A stretch of DNA of 63,805 bases, filler included, from Octopus bimaculoides (Eukaryota): the NCBI RefSeq assembly GCF_001194135.2. It is 8 parts of 8 records of this genome, joined end to end, with 100 filler letters (N's around TTAATTAATTAA, not from the genome) between each part and the next. Parts side by side here need not be neighbours in the genome. Positions count along the whole stretch, not along the records: positions 28,683 to 48,869 come from NC_068995.1; positions 48,970 to 54,171 come from NW_026336889.1; positions 54,272 to 58,167 come from NC_069000.1; positions 58,268 to 62,568 come from NC_068996.1; 4 more parts are not named here. One strand, 5' to 3'. The first letter of the stretch is position 1, and each line of letters opens with the position of its first letter. A program made the translations under genes and the position numbers. Positions 48,646 to 61,567 of the stretch are shown in pieces. Below the pieces are notes generated by a model. The model was not told where the DNA came from and did not search any database. It saw nothing but the letters and a program-made list of their open reading frames with translations.

Positions 48646-48869
48646 GTTCAGTAGTTTTATTTTTATAACGTACTTTCACTTCACTACCGAGCGCAGCTCT
48701 GTGTGCCTTGGGTATGTGCTGTGGTTTGCTGTGATGCTCTTATGGTTACTGTATTGAAAGTGTTTTGCGTAGGATGTGTGCAGTGCCCAGTAGTGCAATT
48801 TTCTGTATGTTATATATCTTTGTAAGTCCTGGTGTTTTTGTTATGTATTTGTCTGAATATTTTTTTATT
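48645..48869 (-). mobile_element. R4/Dong-like subfamily 2, 3' end
   Basis: Near-identical to 43741-43965; (TAA)n tail. Confidence 0.85.
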
Positions 48870-49098
48870 NNNNNNNNNNNNNNNNNNNNNNNNNNNNNNN
48901 NNNNNNNNNNNNNTTAATTAATTAANNNNNNNNNNNNNNNNNNNNNNNNNNNNNNNNNNNNNNNNNNNNTGTGTGTGTGTGTGTGTGTGTGTGTGTGCAT
49001 GTGTGCGTGTGTGTGCGTGGTCGCAATGAAATATTGACATCTAAATGTGTGTGTATTTGAGTACATGCATTTGTGCAAGTATGTGTGTAACTACATAT

Positions 49099-49132
<34 letters not shown>

Positions 49133-49499
49133 NNNNNNNNNNATATATATATAAACACAAACACACACATCAACATATTGAGAAACAGAGGTTGCAAGAC
49201 ATACATCAGTGTGTAAAGATGTGCAACACCAATATCAGCTATGACGATGATAAAGAGACAGAAGATGAAGGAAGGGAAGGTTCAAATCCCCATCGCCACT
49301 ACCATTAAGGTGTTGATGATGAAGGTAGTAGTGGTGGTGATGGCAACAGTGGCATCGGTGGTGGTCGTGGTGGTGGTGGTGGCTATGCTAAACTAATCCC
49401 AATCATCTTTCCAGAAGATTCATAGAGTGATTTATTTTGTGGGCACCATTAAGTTGTCTCCTGGGTTATTAATGTCTCATGCTTTCTTGTGCCTGTGTG

Positions 49500-49532
<33 letters not shown>

Positions 49533-49678
49533 ATGTGTGCGTGTGTGTGCGTGGTCGCAATGAAATATTGACATCTAAATGTGTGTGTATTTGAGTACAT
49601 GCATTTGNNNNNNNNNNCATCTAAATGTGTGTGTATTTGAGTACATGCATTTGTGCAAGTATGTGTGTAACTACATAT

Positions 49679-49724
<46 letters not shown>

Positions 49725-49817
49725 GTATGCATGCACATGTGTGTATCTATATATATATATATATACAAACACACATACACACAAACACAGATATATACAT
49801 ATATACTTACATAAATC

Positions 49818-49891
<74 letters not shown>

Positions 49892-50324
49892 TGCGCATAC
49901 ATACACACACGTACATTCACACTATGCTTGTGCAATTACACACACACACACACACGCAAGAAACAACAACTAGCCAACAACCCCTACACAATGCATGAAG
50001 ATCTCATTAAAAAGCAAACAGGTTCTGGAAAGTTCCTATTTGAGTTCCAATGGGAAGGGATAGGGAGCTCTATAGAGGGATTGAAGCTTATGGCATGATT
50101 AGTGAAGCCAACGTTTCTGACACACAAGAAAGCTACTGGGTGGGAGGCTATTTTATAAATGCTGTCTCACAAATACAATAAAAAGTACATACACACACAC
50201 ACACTACAATATATAAAAATTATATATATATATATATATATAATATAATATATATGATACATGCCCTCTCTAGCATGTAAGGTGTCCTGTAAAGGGTCGC
50301 CACTCTGTGTATGAATACTATACA

Positions 50325-50359
<35 letters not shown>

Positions 50360-50361
<2 letters not shown>

Positions 50362-50490
50362 GGCTTGTGCCACATAAAAAGCACTCTGTCCACTCTGCTG
50401 GGTGGTTGGTGTTAGGAAAGGCATCCAGCTGTAAAAGCCGTACCAAAACAGATACAAAAGTGAGGTGCAAACTCTTGCCTGGCCAGCATG
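50360..50490 (+). mobile_element. Family E (RTE-tail related) repeat fragment
   Basis: GCCACATAAAAAGCAC..TTAGGAAAGGCATCCAGCTGTAAAA. Confidence 0.65.
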
Positions 50491-50494
50491 AGGG

Positions 50495-51358
50495 CCACTC
50501 AGGTGGTACTGGCAATAGCCGCGCTCATATGGTGTTTTTTTATGTGCCACCTGCACAGGAGCCAGTCCAGCGGCACTGGCAACAACCTCGCTCAAATAGT
50601 TTTTCATGTGCCATCGGCACAAGTGCCAGTAAGGCAAGGCTGGTAACGATCACGCTCGAATGGTGCTTTTTATGTGCCACCGGCACAGAAGCCAGTCAGC
50701 TGCTCTGGCAACGATCACACTCAGATGGTGCTCTTAGCACTCCACTAGCACGGCTGCCAGTCATTGAATTTGATTTTGATTTCGATTTCACTTGCCTCAA
50801 CAGGTCTTCGCAAGCAAAACTTAGTGTCCAATGAAGGAAAGGTACGCATAAGTGGGCTGGTTACACCCCTGGCATAGGCCACGGGTTATGGTGTCACTTG
50901 GCTTGCTGGGTCTTCTCAAGCACAGCATATTTCCAAAGGTCTTGGTCACTAGTCATTGTCTCAGTGAGGCCTAATGTTCAAAGGTCGTGCTTCACCACCT
51001 CATCCCAGATCTTCCTGGGTCTACCTCTTCCATAGGTTCCCTCAACCGCTAGGGTGTAGCACTTTTTCATCCATATATATACATTTCATATATACATATA
51101 CATATATACATTTCATCCATTCTCACCACATGAGCGTACCAGCGCAGTTGTCTCTCTTGAAAACCACATCTGATGCTTCTTAGGTCCAACTTTTCTCTCA
51201 AAGTACTTACACTCTATCGAGTAGGCACACTAACATTACACATCCAGCGGAGCACACTGGTTTCATTCCTTGCAAGCTTACGCATGTTCTCAGCTATCAC
51301 GGCCCATGTTTCACTGCCATGTAGCATGCGTCATACAGTCTACCTTTTACTCTGAGCG
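50495..51358 (-). mobile_element. RTE (BovB-like) LINE 3' end, with tandem ~65-bp subrepeats in the 3' UTR
   Basis: SLRVKGRLYDACMLHGSETWAV..RNETSVLRWMCNV..LRWYAHVVRMDE; (TA) insertion at ~51070-51115. Confidence 0.85.
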
Positions 51359-51493
51359 AGAATATATATATCTTAAGTATATAACTATATTGGTAGATGA
51401 ATAAAAGTTATAAGTTTGAAATTATATTATTTTATTCTATCTTGACTAATTCTAAGCATTTAAATTGAATTTGATAATATACAAATAACTTTA

Positions 51494-52867
51494 CAGTTGA
51501 CCCTATAGTTGTTAAAAACATTTCTATTGTTGTATTAAGTATTTCTGGTTCTTCTGTTTTTTCGAAAGTATGAGTGCATAAAATTATAAACATATTAATT
51601 TACAGTGATTTATTTTCCTCTGAAAAACTAAGTAAATTTTTATCTTTTATTTATTTATTTGTTTATTTATTTTATGTAATAATTAGTATAGGTAAGAAAT
51701 ATATTGGTACATAAAGAAAGATTATAACTTTAAGGTATATTATATTAATTCTTAAATATAATTATATATGCTTAAAATAAATTTTAAATAATTATATATA
51801 TACTGATATTTATTGTAGACCCTATCATACTTAGTAAATTTCTATTGTGAAATTATGTATCTCCTGTCCTTCCGTTCTTTCGAAAGTATGAATGCATAAA
51901 AATTATAAACATATTGATTTACAGTAAGTTATTTTCCTCTGAAAAACTAAGTAACTTTTTGATCATTTATTTATTTATTTATATTTATTTGTTTATTTAT
52001 TTTATGTACAAATTAGTATAGATAATAAATAATCAAATTTTTAAAAAAAATTGTTTAATATCAGCATATTTAGAATAAACAAACTTTTGAATAAATAGTT
52101 AATTAAGGGATTTTTTTAAAATGACTTTAATAAATTTCTATTATAATAATATAATTATTATGATAATATGTATTTGTGGTTTTATTTTTTTCTGAAAGTT
52201 ATTTTCATAATAAAACTACATAATTTTAAATTTTGATTGCATATTTAGTATGAGTGATTATAAATAATGAATACAGTGTAATTTACATTTTTTAGTATTG
52301 ACCTTGTGAGGATAAAGTATTTTAAATATTTTTTTTTGCTATTTAGCCATGATCAATAGCAGATCGTTTTTTGTTTTATAATACTAGTGAGAATAAGAAA
52401 TTTTTCTGAATAAATTGTCTGAATAACATATATTTTTCCTAATAGTAATTAAGAATAAAAGGAGATATTTCCTATTTTGCCATAAATTCTTAACATATTA
52501 TTTCTGTTTTTTAAAAAACAATGTGCAGAAATATATTTAGATTAATATTCTTAAAAGTACACAAACATATTTTATGACCATTACATTAGTTTTTATTTAT
52601 TTATTTTTATTATATTTAAAAAAAATTATTGATGCTCACACAAAACATAAACATATTTAATTCAATCTGTTCTAGGATCTAAAACTCCTCATATGTAATT
52701 TTTGTCAAATATTTCCCTGATGAGACTCTTACCCATAAACATGAATTTTTATAAATTTATTATTGGGTCTGAATTGAAACAATTGTAAGATTATAATATT
52801 TATATTTATATTATATTATATCATAATAATAATATAATACTATGTTAATAAATTAGGATGTCAACTG
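51494..52867. mobile_element. Candidate AT-rich non-autonomous Tc1/pogo-type element with an internal ~325-bp duplication
   Basis: TA|CAGTTGAC...GTCAACTG|TA (15/16 match including flanks); 51495-51690 is repeated at ~51815-52022. Confidence 0.35.
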
Positions 52868-52905
52868 TAAATTTACATTTTCTTTTGATTTTATATACAC
52901 ACACA

Positions 52906-52971
<66 letters not shown>

Positions 52972-53289
52972 TATATACATACACATACACTCATTTATAT
53001 ACATATTCATATTTATGTATATCTCCTCTCTCTATTTGTGTCCACTCACTACATCCCCTTCCCTCCTACTCTCCTTCCACAATCTCACAAACTTACCCAC
53101 CAACTCACTCAAACTATCTAATCCATGGTTCCTCGTCACTTATATAAACCTCCCTACAGCTTGAGTGTACGATTTTCCTCCTCATCACATTTTCTCCATC
53201 TTCTCTCTTGACACCTGTTTCTGTACCTTTGTTCATACTGTAGCCTCTCATGCCCTGGCACAATGCCACCTCCTTTGATACTACTCCCC

Positions 53290-53523
53290 CAGGTGGCTTG
53301 TCTTGTAAGTTACCTAGTGACATTGATGGTGCAGGTGCCACATAAAAAGCACCCAGTACACTCTGTAAAGTTGTCAGCATTAGAAAAGGCATCTAGCCAT
53401 AGAAACCATGCCAAAGCAAACAACTGAATTTGATGCAGTCTTCTGACTTGCCAGCAACTGTCAAACCACCCAACCCATGTCAGCATGGAAAACAAATGTT
53501 AGATGATGATGATGATGATGATA
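53290..53523 (+). mobile_element. Family E repeat with (GAT)n tail
   Basis: GGTGCCACATAAAAAGCACCC..AACCCATGTCAGCATGGAAAA..GTTAGA then (TGA)n. Confidence 0.75.
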
Positions 53524-54271
53524 ATGGGATATATATATATATGAATACATTTAAATAAATACAAACACACACATATATGCGTGCACATGCACACAAACAC
53601 ACACATACACATGGGCTTCAAGATTGTGTTAATACTATATATATATATATATGATGATGATGAATGTGTGCATATATATACACATACACACACATATATA
53701 TATACGGCATATGGGGGAAATGAATGAGAGAGAAAGAGAGACAGGGAGGAGAGAGAGAAGCAAACAGATAGGCAATATACAAATAGACATATATACACAG
53801 ATACAAGCACATATAGATATATTCATATATACACACATATCTGCATATGCATACACACATGCACACACATACATAGATAAATACATCAAGAGAGAAAGAG
53901 AAAGAGAAGTAGACAGATAAACAGAGAGACAAAATGATTATACATGACTGGAGAAGAAATATATTTTGTGACATGCCTCTTAAGTAAATGAGAAATGGAT
54001 GCAATAAGATGCCAGTGTCTTAAGGGGCTTCAAGATTTTAGATAACGGAATTGATAGATATTATTGTGAGTGGAAATTTACAGGATATCTTATAGAAAGT
54101 GTTCCTCTGAGCTGTGCTATTTTTTATCTGGACACATAAATATAAATACATACACAGAATCTGCCCGTATGNNNNNNNNNNNNNNNNNNNNNNNNNNNNN
54201 NNNNNNNNNNNNNNNTTAATTAATTAANNNNNNNNNNNNNNNNNNNNNNNNNNNNNNNNNNNNNNNNNNNN

Positions 54272-54910
54272 CACTGACACAAGTGCCAGTAAGGTGATGC
54301 TGGTAATGATCACACTCGAATGGTGCTTTTTATGTGCCACTGGAACGGAAGCTAGTCAGCTGCTCTGGCAGCTATCATGCACGGATGGTGCTCTTAGTGT
54401 TCCACTGGGACGGGTGCCAGTCATCGAATTTGTGAATTTAATTTGATTTCGATTTCACTTGCCTCAACAGATCTTCGCCAGCAGAGTTTAGTGTCCAATG
54501 AAGGAAAGGTATGCATAAGTGGGCTGGTTACACCCATGGCATAGGCCATGGGTTATGCTCTCACTTGGCTAGCCGGGTCTTCTCATGCACTGCATATTTC
54601 CAAAGGTCTCGGTCACTAGTCATTGCCTTGGTGAGGCCTGATGTTCGAAGGTTGTGCTTCACCACCTCATCCCAGGTCTTCCTGGGTCTACCTCTTCCAC
54701 AGGTTCCCTCAACCGCTAGGGTGTGGCACTTTTTCATGCAGCTATCCTCATCCATTCTTGCCACATGCAGAGGTAAGAGCTATTTGAACTTTGCCCAGGC
54801 TATTCTTATTCTAGCAGCTACACTTTCAGCACAACCTTCCCCGCTACTGACTTGGTCACCTAGGTAACAGAAGCTATCAACTACTTCTAGTTTTTCTCCC
54901 TGGAATATGG
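54272..54910 (-). mobile_element. RTE (BovB-like) LINE 3' end with an internal deletion
   Basis: EKLEVVDSFCYLGDQVS..ARIRIAWAKFK*LLPL is fused directly to HVARMDEDSCMKKC..GRGRPRKTWDEVV. Confidence 0.85.
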
Positions 54911-54967
54911 CGATATATATATATATATACACACATATACATGTGTGTATGTGTGTGTGTGTGTGTT

Positions 54968-54998
<31 letters not shown>

Positions 54999-55177
54999 GT
55001 GTATCTATATGTATCTGTGTGAGCTGTAATATTTTATGTAGTCGTTGTTCAGTCATCAGGCCTGATGACTCACCTATGTTGCTAAGAGTACAAATAGACA
55101 TGATACCAATGGTAACTTTCTTACTAGTCATTATCAAAGACCACATAAAATCTATCTATCTATCTATCTATTTATCT

Positions 55178-55251
<74 letters not shown>

Positions 55252-55594
55252 CTATGTATGCATTATGATTAAATGAGTGTGGGTCAGTCATTATATGATG
55301 TATATTATATAACTGATATGATAGTATCATTGCTCTCTTCTATACCTTCATGTATATGATATGATTAATCCTCCATTTGTTGTTGAAGCAGCAATAAACT
55401 GTGAAATAAATGTTATACTAACTTCATTCTTCACTTGATTGAAATAATATATATATATATANNNNNNNNNNNNNNNNNNNNNNNNNNNNNNNNNNNNNNN
55501 NNNNNNNNNNNNNNNNNNNNNNNNNNNNNNNNNNNNNNNNNNNNNNNNNNNNNNNNNNNAAAGAGACCTTGATATTATGCAAATAGAGGAATTT

Positions 55595-55689
55595 ATCTGT
55601 AAATAATATGTGACAATTATTCGGTAGCCATTATAAAACTCGCAGTTTTATCATGGCTACCGAATAATTGTCACATATTATTTACAGAT
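55595..55689. repeat. Perfect 37-bp inverted repeat, extendable to a 46-bp stem with a 3-nt loop
   Basis: ATCTGTAAATAATATGTGACAATTATTCGGTAGCCAT and its exact reverse complement. Confidence 0.95.
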
Positions 55690-55700
55690 ATATATATATA

Positions 55701-56088
55701 TAGGAGTGGCTGTGTGGTAAGTAGCATGCTTATGATCCACATGGTTCCAGGTTCAGTCCCACAGTGTGGCACCTTGGGCAAGTGTCTTCTACTATAGCCT
55801 CGGGCCGACCAAAGCCTTGTGAGTGGATTTGGTAGATGGAAACTAAAAGAAGCTCGTCATATATATATATGTACATGTGTGTATGTTTCTATGCCTGTGT
55901 TTGTCCCCCGAACATCGCTTGACAACCAGTTCTGGTGTGTTTACGTTCCCGTAACTTAGCGGTTCAGCAATAGAGACTGATAGAATAAGTACTAGGCTTA
56001 CAAAGAATAAGTCTTGGAGTCGATTTGCTCGACTAAAGGTGGTGCTCCAGCATGGCCACGGTCAAATGACTGAAACAAGTAAAAGAGT
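55701..56088 (+). mobile_element. SINE family B, full length
   Basis: Head to AAGTAAAAGAGT tail. Confidence 0.9.
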
Positions 56089-56107
56089 ATATATATCATC
56101 TATATAT

Positions 56108-56290
56108 CATCATCATCACCATCATCATCACCATCATCATCAACATTTAATGTCTGCTGTCCATGCTGGCATGGGTTGGACGGTTTGACCAGGGCTGGTA
56201 AGCTGAGGGCTGCACCAGACTCCAGTCTGATTTGGCATGGTTTCTGCAGCTGGATGTCCTTCCTAATGCCAACTGCCCATCCTAACGCCA
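56108..56290 (-). mobile_element. Family E repeat 3' end
   Basis: (CAT)n..TTTAATGTCTGCTGTCCATGCTGGCATGGGTTGG..GCTGGATGTCCTTCCTAATGCC. Confidence 0.75.
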
Positions 56291-56354
56291 TATATATATA
56301 TATATATATATATATGTTTGAAGTATAATTATAAAAATATAAGTGTTTGATGTC

Positions 56355-56772
56355 TATTTCCAGCATACATGGTGAGAGCAATTTATGGTGTGAAACTCTT
56401 GGATAAAAGGAAGGCTGAGGACTTAATGGCAATGCTGGGGTTGGAGGAACCAGTGGAACAGCCGGCAAGGGCGAATGGAGTGTGGTTGTATGGACATGTG
56501 TTCAGGAGGGTTGGGGAAAATGTTCTGAGGGGAGAGCTTGAGTTTAAAGTGAATGAACCACGAAAGTGAAGTCGACCAAAGAAAACATGGAGGGGACAGG
56601 TGGAGGAGGAGATTGGGAGGGTTGGCTTGAGGAGGGAGGATGCCCAAAAGTGGGCGAGATAGTGAGATGACATCAGAGTGGTTGCTGTAAGGGTGAGGTA
56701 GATCCAGCCAACCCCCATAATGGGGAAAAACCTGGATTTAAAATATTGGAATTCACGATCATCATCATCATT
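56355..56772 (+). mobile_element. RTE LINE 3' end (different subfamily) with (CAT)n tail
   Basis: MVRAIYGVKLLDKRKAEDLMAMLGLEE..ARANGVWLYGHVFRR..NVLR..RPKKTW. Confidence 0.85.
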
Positions 56773-56806
56773 ATACATTCATACATACATATCAACACAC
56801 ACATAT

Positions 56807-56955
56807 AAGTAGCTTGCTTACCAACCACATGGTTCTGGGTTCAGTCCCACTGCGTGGCATCTTGGGCAAGTGTCTTCTACTATAGCATTGGGCCGACCAA
56901 AGCCTTGTGAGTGGATTTGGTAGACAGAAACTGAAAGAAGCCTGTCATATATATG

Positions 56956-56986
<31 letters not shown>

Positions 56987-57209
56987 ATGCATTTGTGTGT
57001 CTGTGCTTGTCCCCCCAACATCGCTTGACAACCGATGCTGGTGTGTTTACATCCCCGTAGCTTAGCAGTTCGGCAAATGAGATCGATAGAATAAGTACTA
57101 GGCTTACAAAGAATAAGTCCTGGGGTCGATTTGCTCGACTAAAGGCGGTGCTCCAGCATGGCCGCAGTCAAATGACTGAAACAAGTAAAAGAGTAAAGAG
57201 TAAAAGAGT
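56807..57209 (+). mobile_element. SINE family B, slightly 5'-truncated
   Basis: AAGTAGCTTGCTTACCAACC to AAAAGAGTAAAGAGTAAAAGAGT. Confidence 0.9.
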
Positions 57210-57819
57210 ATATAAATTTGTGTGTGAGAGAGAGAGAGGGGTAGATCACTAATTCTCTCTAATTCATTTAACTTGTTTTTTTCTCTCTTTATACCAGCCA
57301 TCATCTATCTTTGTGTATGTTCTGTCTCCTTCACCAAATTCTCTTCTACACTTTCACCCTCCCTCCTCCCTTTCCTCAACATCTGCTCCCCCTCCCCTCT
57401 CTCTCTCTCTCCCTCTCCCTTTTTCCCATCTTAATGAACTTGTAAAGGACATAATCGTTTTATGTAATAATTACATGATGTTTTTCTCACCAAATCTATT
57501 CATTTATTTCCATCAGGCCTAAATACTTCAGTTCAGACATTGAAAGAATTCTCTTTAGAAATATCAACAATTCCAAAGATTGCATTGTTTTGTTTGTGTT
57601 TTCTGCTATTTAGCCTCAGACCAATCACAATGATGAAGCAAAACTGGTAATGAAAGATATTTCTATCTAGAAGCATTCCTTCTTTCATTCAGTGTATCTA
57701 AGAATAGAGAGGAGTACATTATATAACAATGGAAAAGATCACCGCTATCACTACCACTGCCCCCACCACCACCACCACAAGCAGCAGCAGCACCACCACA
57801 ACCACCACCACCACACTCA

Positions 57820-58020
57820 GGAATCATCTGTATGCTGGGCAATATGCCTTCCAGCATTTCGTCTGTCTTTACAATGTGAGATCAAATTCCGCTGAGGTCG
57901 ACTTTGCCCTTCATTCTTTTAGGGTTGATAGAATAAGTATCGATTGAACACTGAGGTTGAATTAATCGAATTACCTGTTCCCCCAACAATTGCTAGCTCT
58001 GTGCCAAAATTTAAATTCAA
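57820..58020 (+). mobile_element. Diverged SINE family A
   Basis: GAGATCAAATTCCGCTGAGGTCGACTTTGCCC. Confidence 0.75.
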
Positions 58021-58267
58021 TAATCATAAACATTTGCTAAACATGTATCCTGGTCAATGTTCAGAAAAGTTCAATCAGAAAGAAGAAAATATTAAATAAT
58101 AATGACTGGATGCAACAGCTGGAATGAAACGAATCAGGAATAGGAAAATTTTACAATATTACCAAAANNNNNNNNNNNNNNNNNNNNNNNNNNNNNNNNN
58201 NNNNNNNNNNNTTAATTAATTAANNNNNNNNNNNNNNNNNNNNNNNNNNNNNNNNNNNNNNNNNNNN

Positions 58268-58448
58268 CTGGGCCCCACCTGCGAGGTCATGCGCTGCTTA
58301 TCTTGATATGAGATCACCGTGTCGCACACATATGCTTATGATGCATGTGCCTGGTGTACCCTTATCAGACGGGTAGTCATGATGGGTATAGGGGTTTCTT
58401 ATATTTTACCCCAGTGCCATTTTGATGGTATGCAGTACTCTCTTACTC
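58268..58448 (+). mobile_element. Short (TAA)n-tailed element (second copy)
   Basis: Homologous to 47612-47760; followed by (AAT)n at 58449-58513. Confidence 0.65.
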
Positions 58449-58513
<65 letters not shown>

Positions 58514-58514
<1 letters not shown>

Positions 58515-58718
58515 CCTTTCTACAATGGACACAAGGCCTGGAATTTTGGGAAAGGGGATGAGTCGATTACATCCACCCCAGTGTTCAACTGGTACTTTTT
58601 CATTGACCCCAAAAGGATGAAAGGCAAAGCTGACCTCGGCGGCAATTGAGCACGAAAACAGACGAAATACCGCTAAGCGTTTCACTCGGCTTGCTAACGA
58701 TTCTGCCAGCAAGCCGCC
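58514..58718 (-). mobile_element. SINE family A, tail-to-tail with the previous element
   Basis: GCTAACGATTCTGCCAGC..GCCGCC head at the right; tail CCTTTCTAC at the left. Confidence 0.85.
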
Positions 58719-59158
58719 AATTTTTATTGTTGAGAGCAGCACACTAATGAATCCGTGACCCGAGAAATTAGGTCGTTAATTATTGATTATTGATTATTGA
58801 TGTTTTCAATTAAGGGTGTACAGGGAATTATGATCCAACTTGTGTAATTATGACCTGACTAGAACATTGGTCAGAGATGCCAGGGAAAGTGATTTAAGTT
58901 CGTTTCAAGTCGTCTGCTGATGCGGAACGAATATCACAAGGTCGTTCCAATATTTACATACTCGCGCGCGCGACACATACGCAAACAAACACACACACAC
59001 ACACACACACACGTGCACACACACACGTGCACACACACACGTGCACACACACACACACACACACAAACGTGTATGGGCGCGCGGAAGCAAAGAAACACAC
59101 ATCGACACATATCTAAACGCATACAAACCTTATAAATAGCCATACAAACATATGTGTA

Positions 59159-59258
<100 letters not shown>

Positions 59259-59595
59259 AGGAGAGATAGATAAATAGATGAGACGGCCATGTTCGACGTC
59301 GACAAATTCTCTACCCTACCCCACACTACACACGTCACTGTAACTCAGACATCATACAAACGCACATTCACTCAACACCAGCAGAACATATACAGTTCTT
59401 ACACAAACACATTATGTATACAATCCACATATACACACATATATTCATGATACATGTACATTACATATAATGGCACACTGTTCACTCATAATACACGTCT
59501 TATACGCATCTACAAAGATGCACATACACACATGACGTGTGTATGTGTGTGCGCGCGAGTATAAAAATATGTGTGTGTATGTATATCTTTTTCAT

Positions 59596-59845
59596 TTATC
59601 TTTTACTTGTTTAAGTCATTAGACTACGGCCATGCTGGAGCACCGCCTTGGAGAATTTTAGTCGAACGATTGAACCCCAGTACTTATATTGTTCATCTTT
59701 TTTTTTTGTTTTGATTTTTATAACGTCTGCTATTTATTCTATCGGATTATTTAGCCGAAAAGCTATGTTATGGGGACGTAAACACGCCAACACCGGTTGT
59801 CAAGCGGTGGTGAAGGATAAACACAAAAACGAAGACACACACATT
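59596..59845 (-). mobile_element. SINE family B 3' portion (variant)
   Basis: CTTTTACTTGTTT..GGCCATGCTGGAGCACCGCC..GGGGACGTAAACACGCCAACACCGGTTGTCAAGCG. Confidence 0.8.
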
Positions 59846-59851
59846 GATATA

Positions 59852-59906
<55 letters not shown>

Positions 59907-59944
59907 NNNNNNNNNNNNNNNNNTATATATATATATATATATAT

Positions 59945-60210
59945 ATGGGGAGAATTCACAAAAAGGCAAAAGACGAAGACAAGTGGCGTAGACAACAAAC
60001 AGATGCATTAGTTTAACGCTTCGGACGTGAAAAAGTCTTTAATGTTTTGAGCCTACGCTCTTCAACAGAAAGGAATACAGTAAGAAAAAAGGAGAGAAAA
60101 TAAAGAATGTTTAGTGGCTAGCGATCTATCATGGCGAATGCTGGACAGAGGGGTCACACAGGAGAGCTAGGAAGAAGGGGAGATAATAAAGTAGAGGTGA
60201 TCCCATATAT
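59945..60210 (-). mobile_element. Penelope-like terminal fragment (same family as 24581), hammerhead-like motif decayed
   Basis: Minus strand CTTT CTGTTGAA GAGC GTAG GCTC AAAAC ATT AAAGA. Confidence 0.5.
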
Positions 60211-60539
60211 ATATATATATATATATATAATTATATACGGCAGGTTTCTGTCACTTTCCGCCTGCCAAATCCTCTCAAAGCATTGCACACCCACAACTAA
60301 TTTAGAGACAAACCATCACTCTACAACTCAGTCAGTCAACTCAGAACCCATCCAAATCCATATTCAGATATATATGTGTGTGTACGTGTGTGCATATAAT
60401 AATCAATGTATGTATACACATAAACAGACACACACACACACACCATATGTCTGTGCGTGCGTCTGCGCACGTTTGCGTGTGTATGTGCTTGCATGTGTGT
60501 GTGCCGGCGGGCACTGAGTGTCACACATCAAAGCTACTT

Positions 60540-60870
60540 GAAACAAAATGCACTAACACACACACGCACACAAACACGCGCGCGCACACGCACGCACACA
60601 TATGCACATACTGAAACAAAATGCACTGACACACTCTTACACACACACTCACACACACACATACGCTGAAATAAAATGCACTAACACACTCACTCAGACG
60701 CAAGGATACATACAATACATACACANNNNNNNNNNAAATAAAATGCACTAACACACTCACTCAGACGCAAGGATACATACAATACATACACACGCACACG
60801 GACACACACACACACGCATGCATTCACTCACACAGACGCAAACGCACACTGTAATAAAATGCACTCCCAC
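60540..60870 (+). repeat. Anchor-and-spacer minisatellite
   Basis: GAAA(C/T)AAAATGCACT(A/G)ACAC at 60540, 60613, 60668 and (60736), with a variant at 60851; CA-rich spacers. Confidence 0.8.
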
Positions 60871-61389
60871 ACAGACGTAAGCATACGCACACACGCACAC
60901 ACACACACACACACACAAACACACATACACAAACAGACACATAATTGAAGAAGACAACAAGTTTTGATCTTGTATTAAAAAATATTTCCCTGTGAAACTT
61001 CAAAGACAATTTCTTAATAGTATATTCGAGATTCCTATAGATTCGAAAAACCATCAAGCTGAATCATTGCAATGGAAGCTATATTGGTGCAGTAGTAGAT
61101 CAATAGATGGTCAATATTGGTTTTTGTGTATAGAATGAATAGTTTTGCGGAGATCAAAGCTACATATATGTTCGGTTCAGATCCATTTATCACGCTTTAC
61201 AAATAAAACGCTAATTCTTCAATATTGTGCCATCGTTGGGTGTAGGAAGAGATTTTCGTCTGAGTGTGTGTTGTGTGTGTGTGTGTCTGTGTGTGTGAGT
61301 ACGAGTACGCTTGTGTATGCACGTGTGCATGTATAGGTGTGTGTGAATGTGTGCATATGCGTGTGTGTGTGTGTGGTATGCATACATAC

Positions 61390-61459
<70 letters not shown>

Positions 61460-61523
61460 GTATGTGTGTTTGTGTGCGTGTTGCGTATGCGTATGCATAC
61501 GCATGTATGCATATGTATGTTGA

Positions 61524-61567
<44 letters not shown>

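Noticed and set aside
48970-49700. Duplicated ~170-bp segment (48970-49130 and 49510-49700)
   Set aside because: Both copies abut gaps and microsatellites and are essentially identical, so it is likely an assembly duplication. The same applies to 23570-23778 and 60668-60790.
60540-60870. CRISPR-like repeat-spacer appearance
   Set aside because: Eukaryotic context, irregular low-complexity spacers, non-palindromic anchors and no cas genes.
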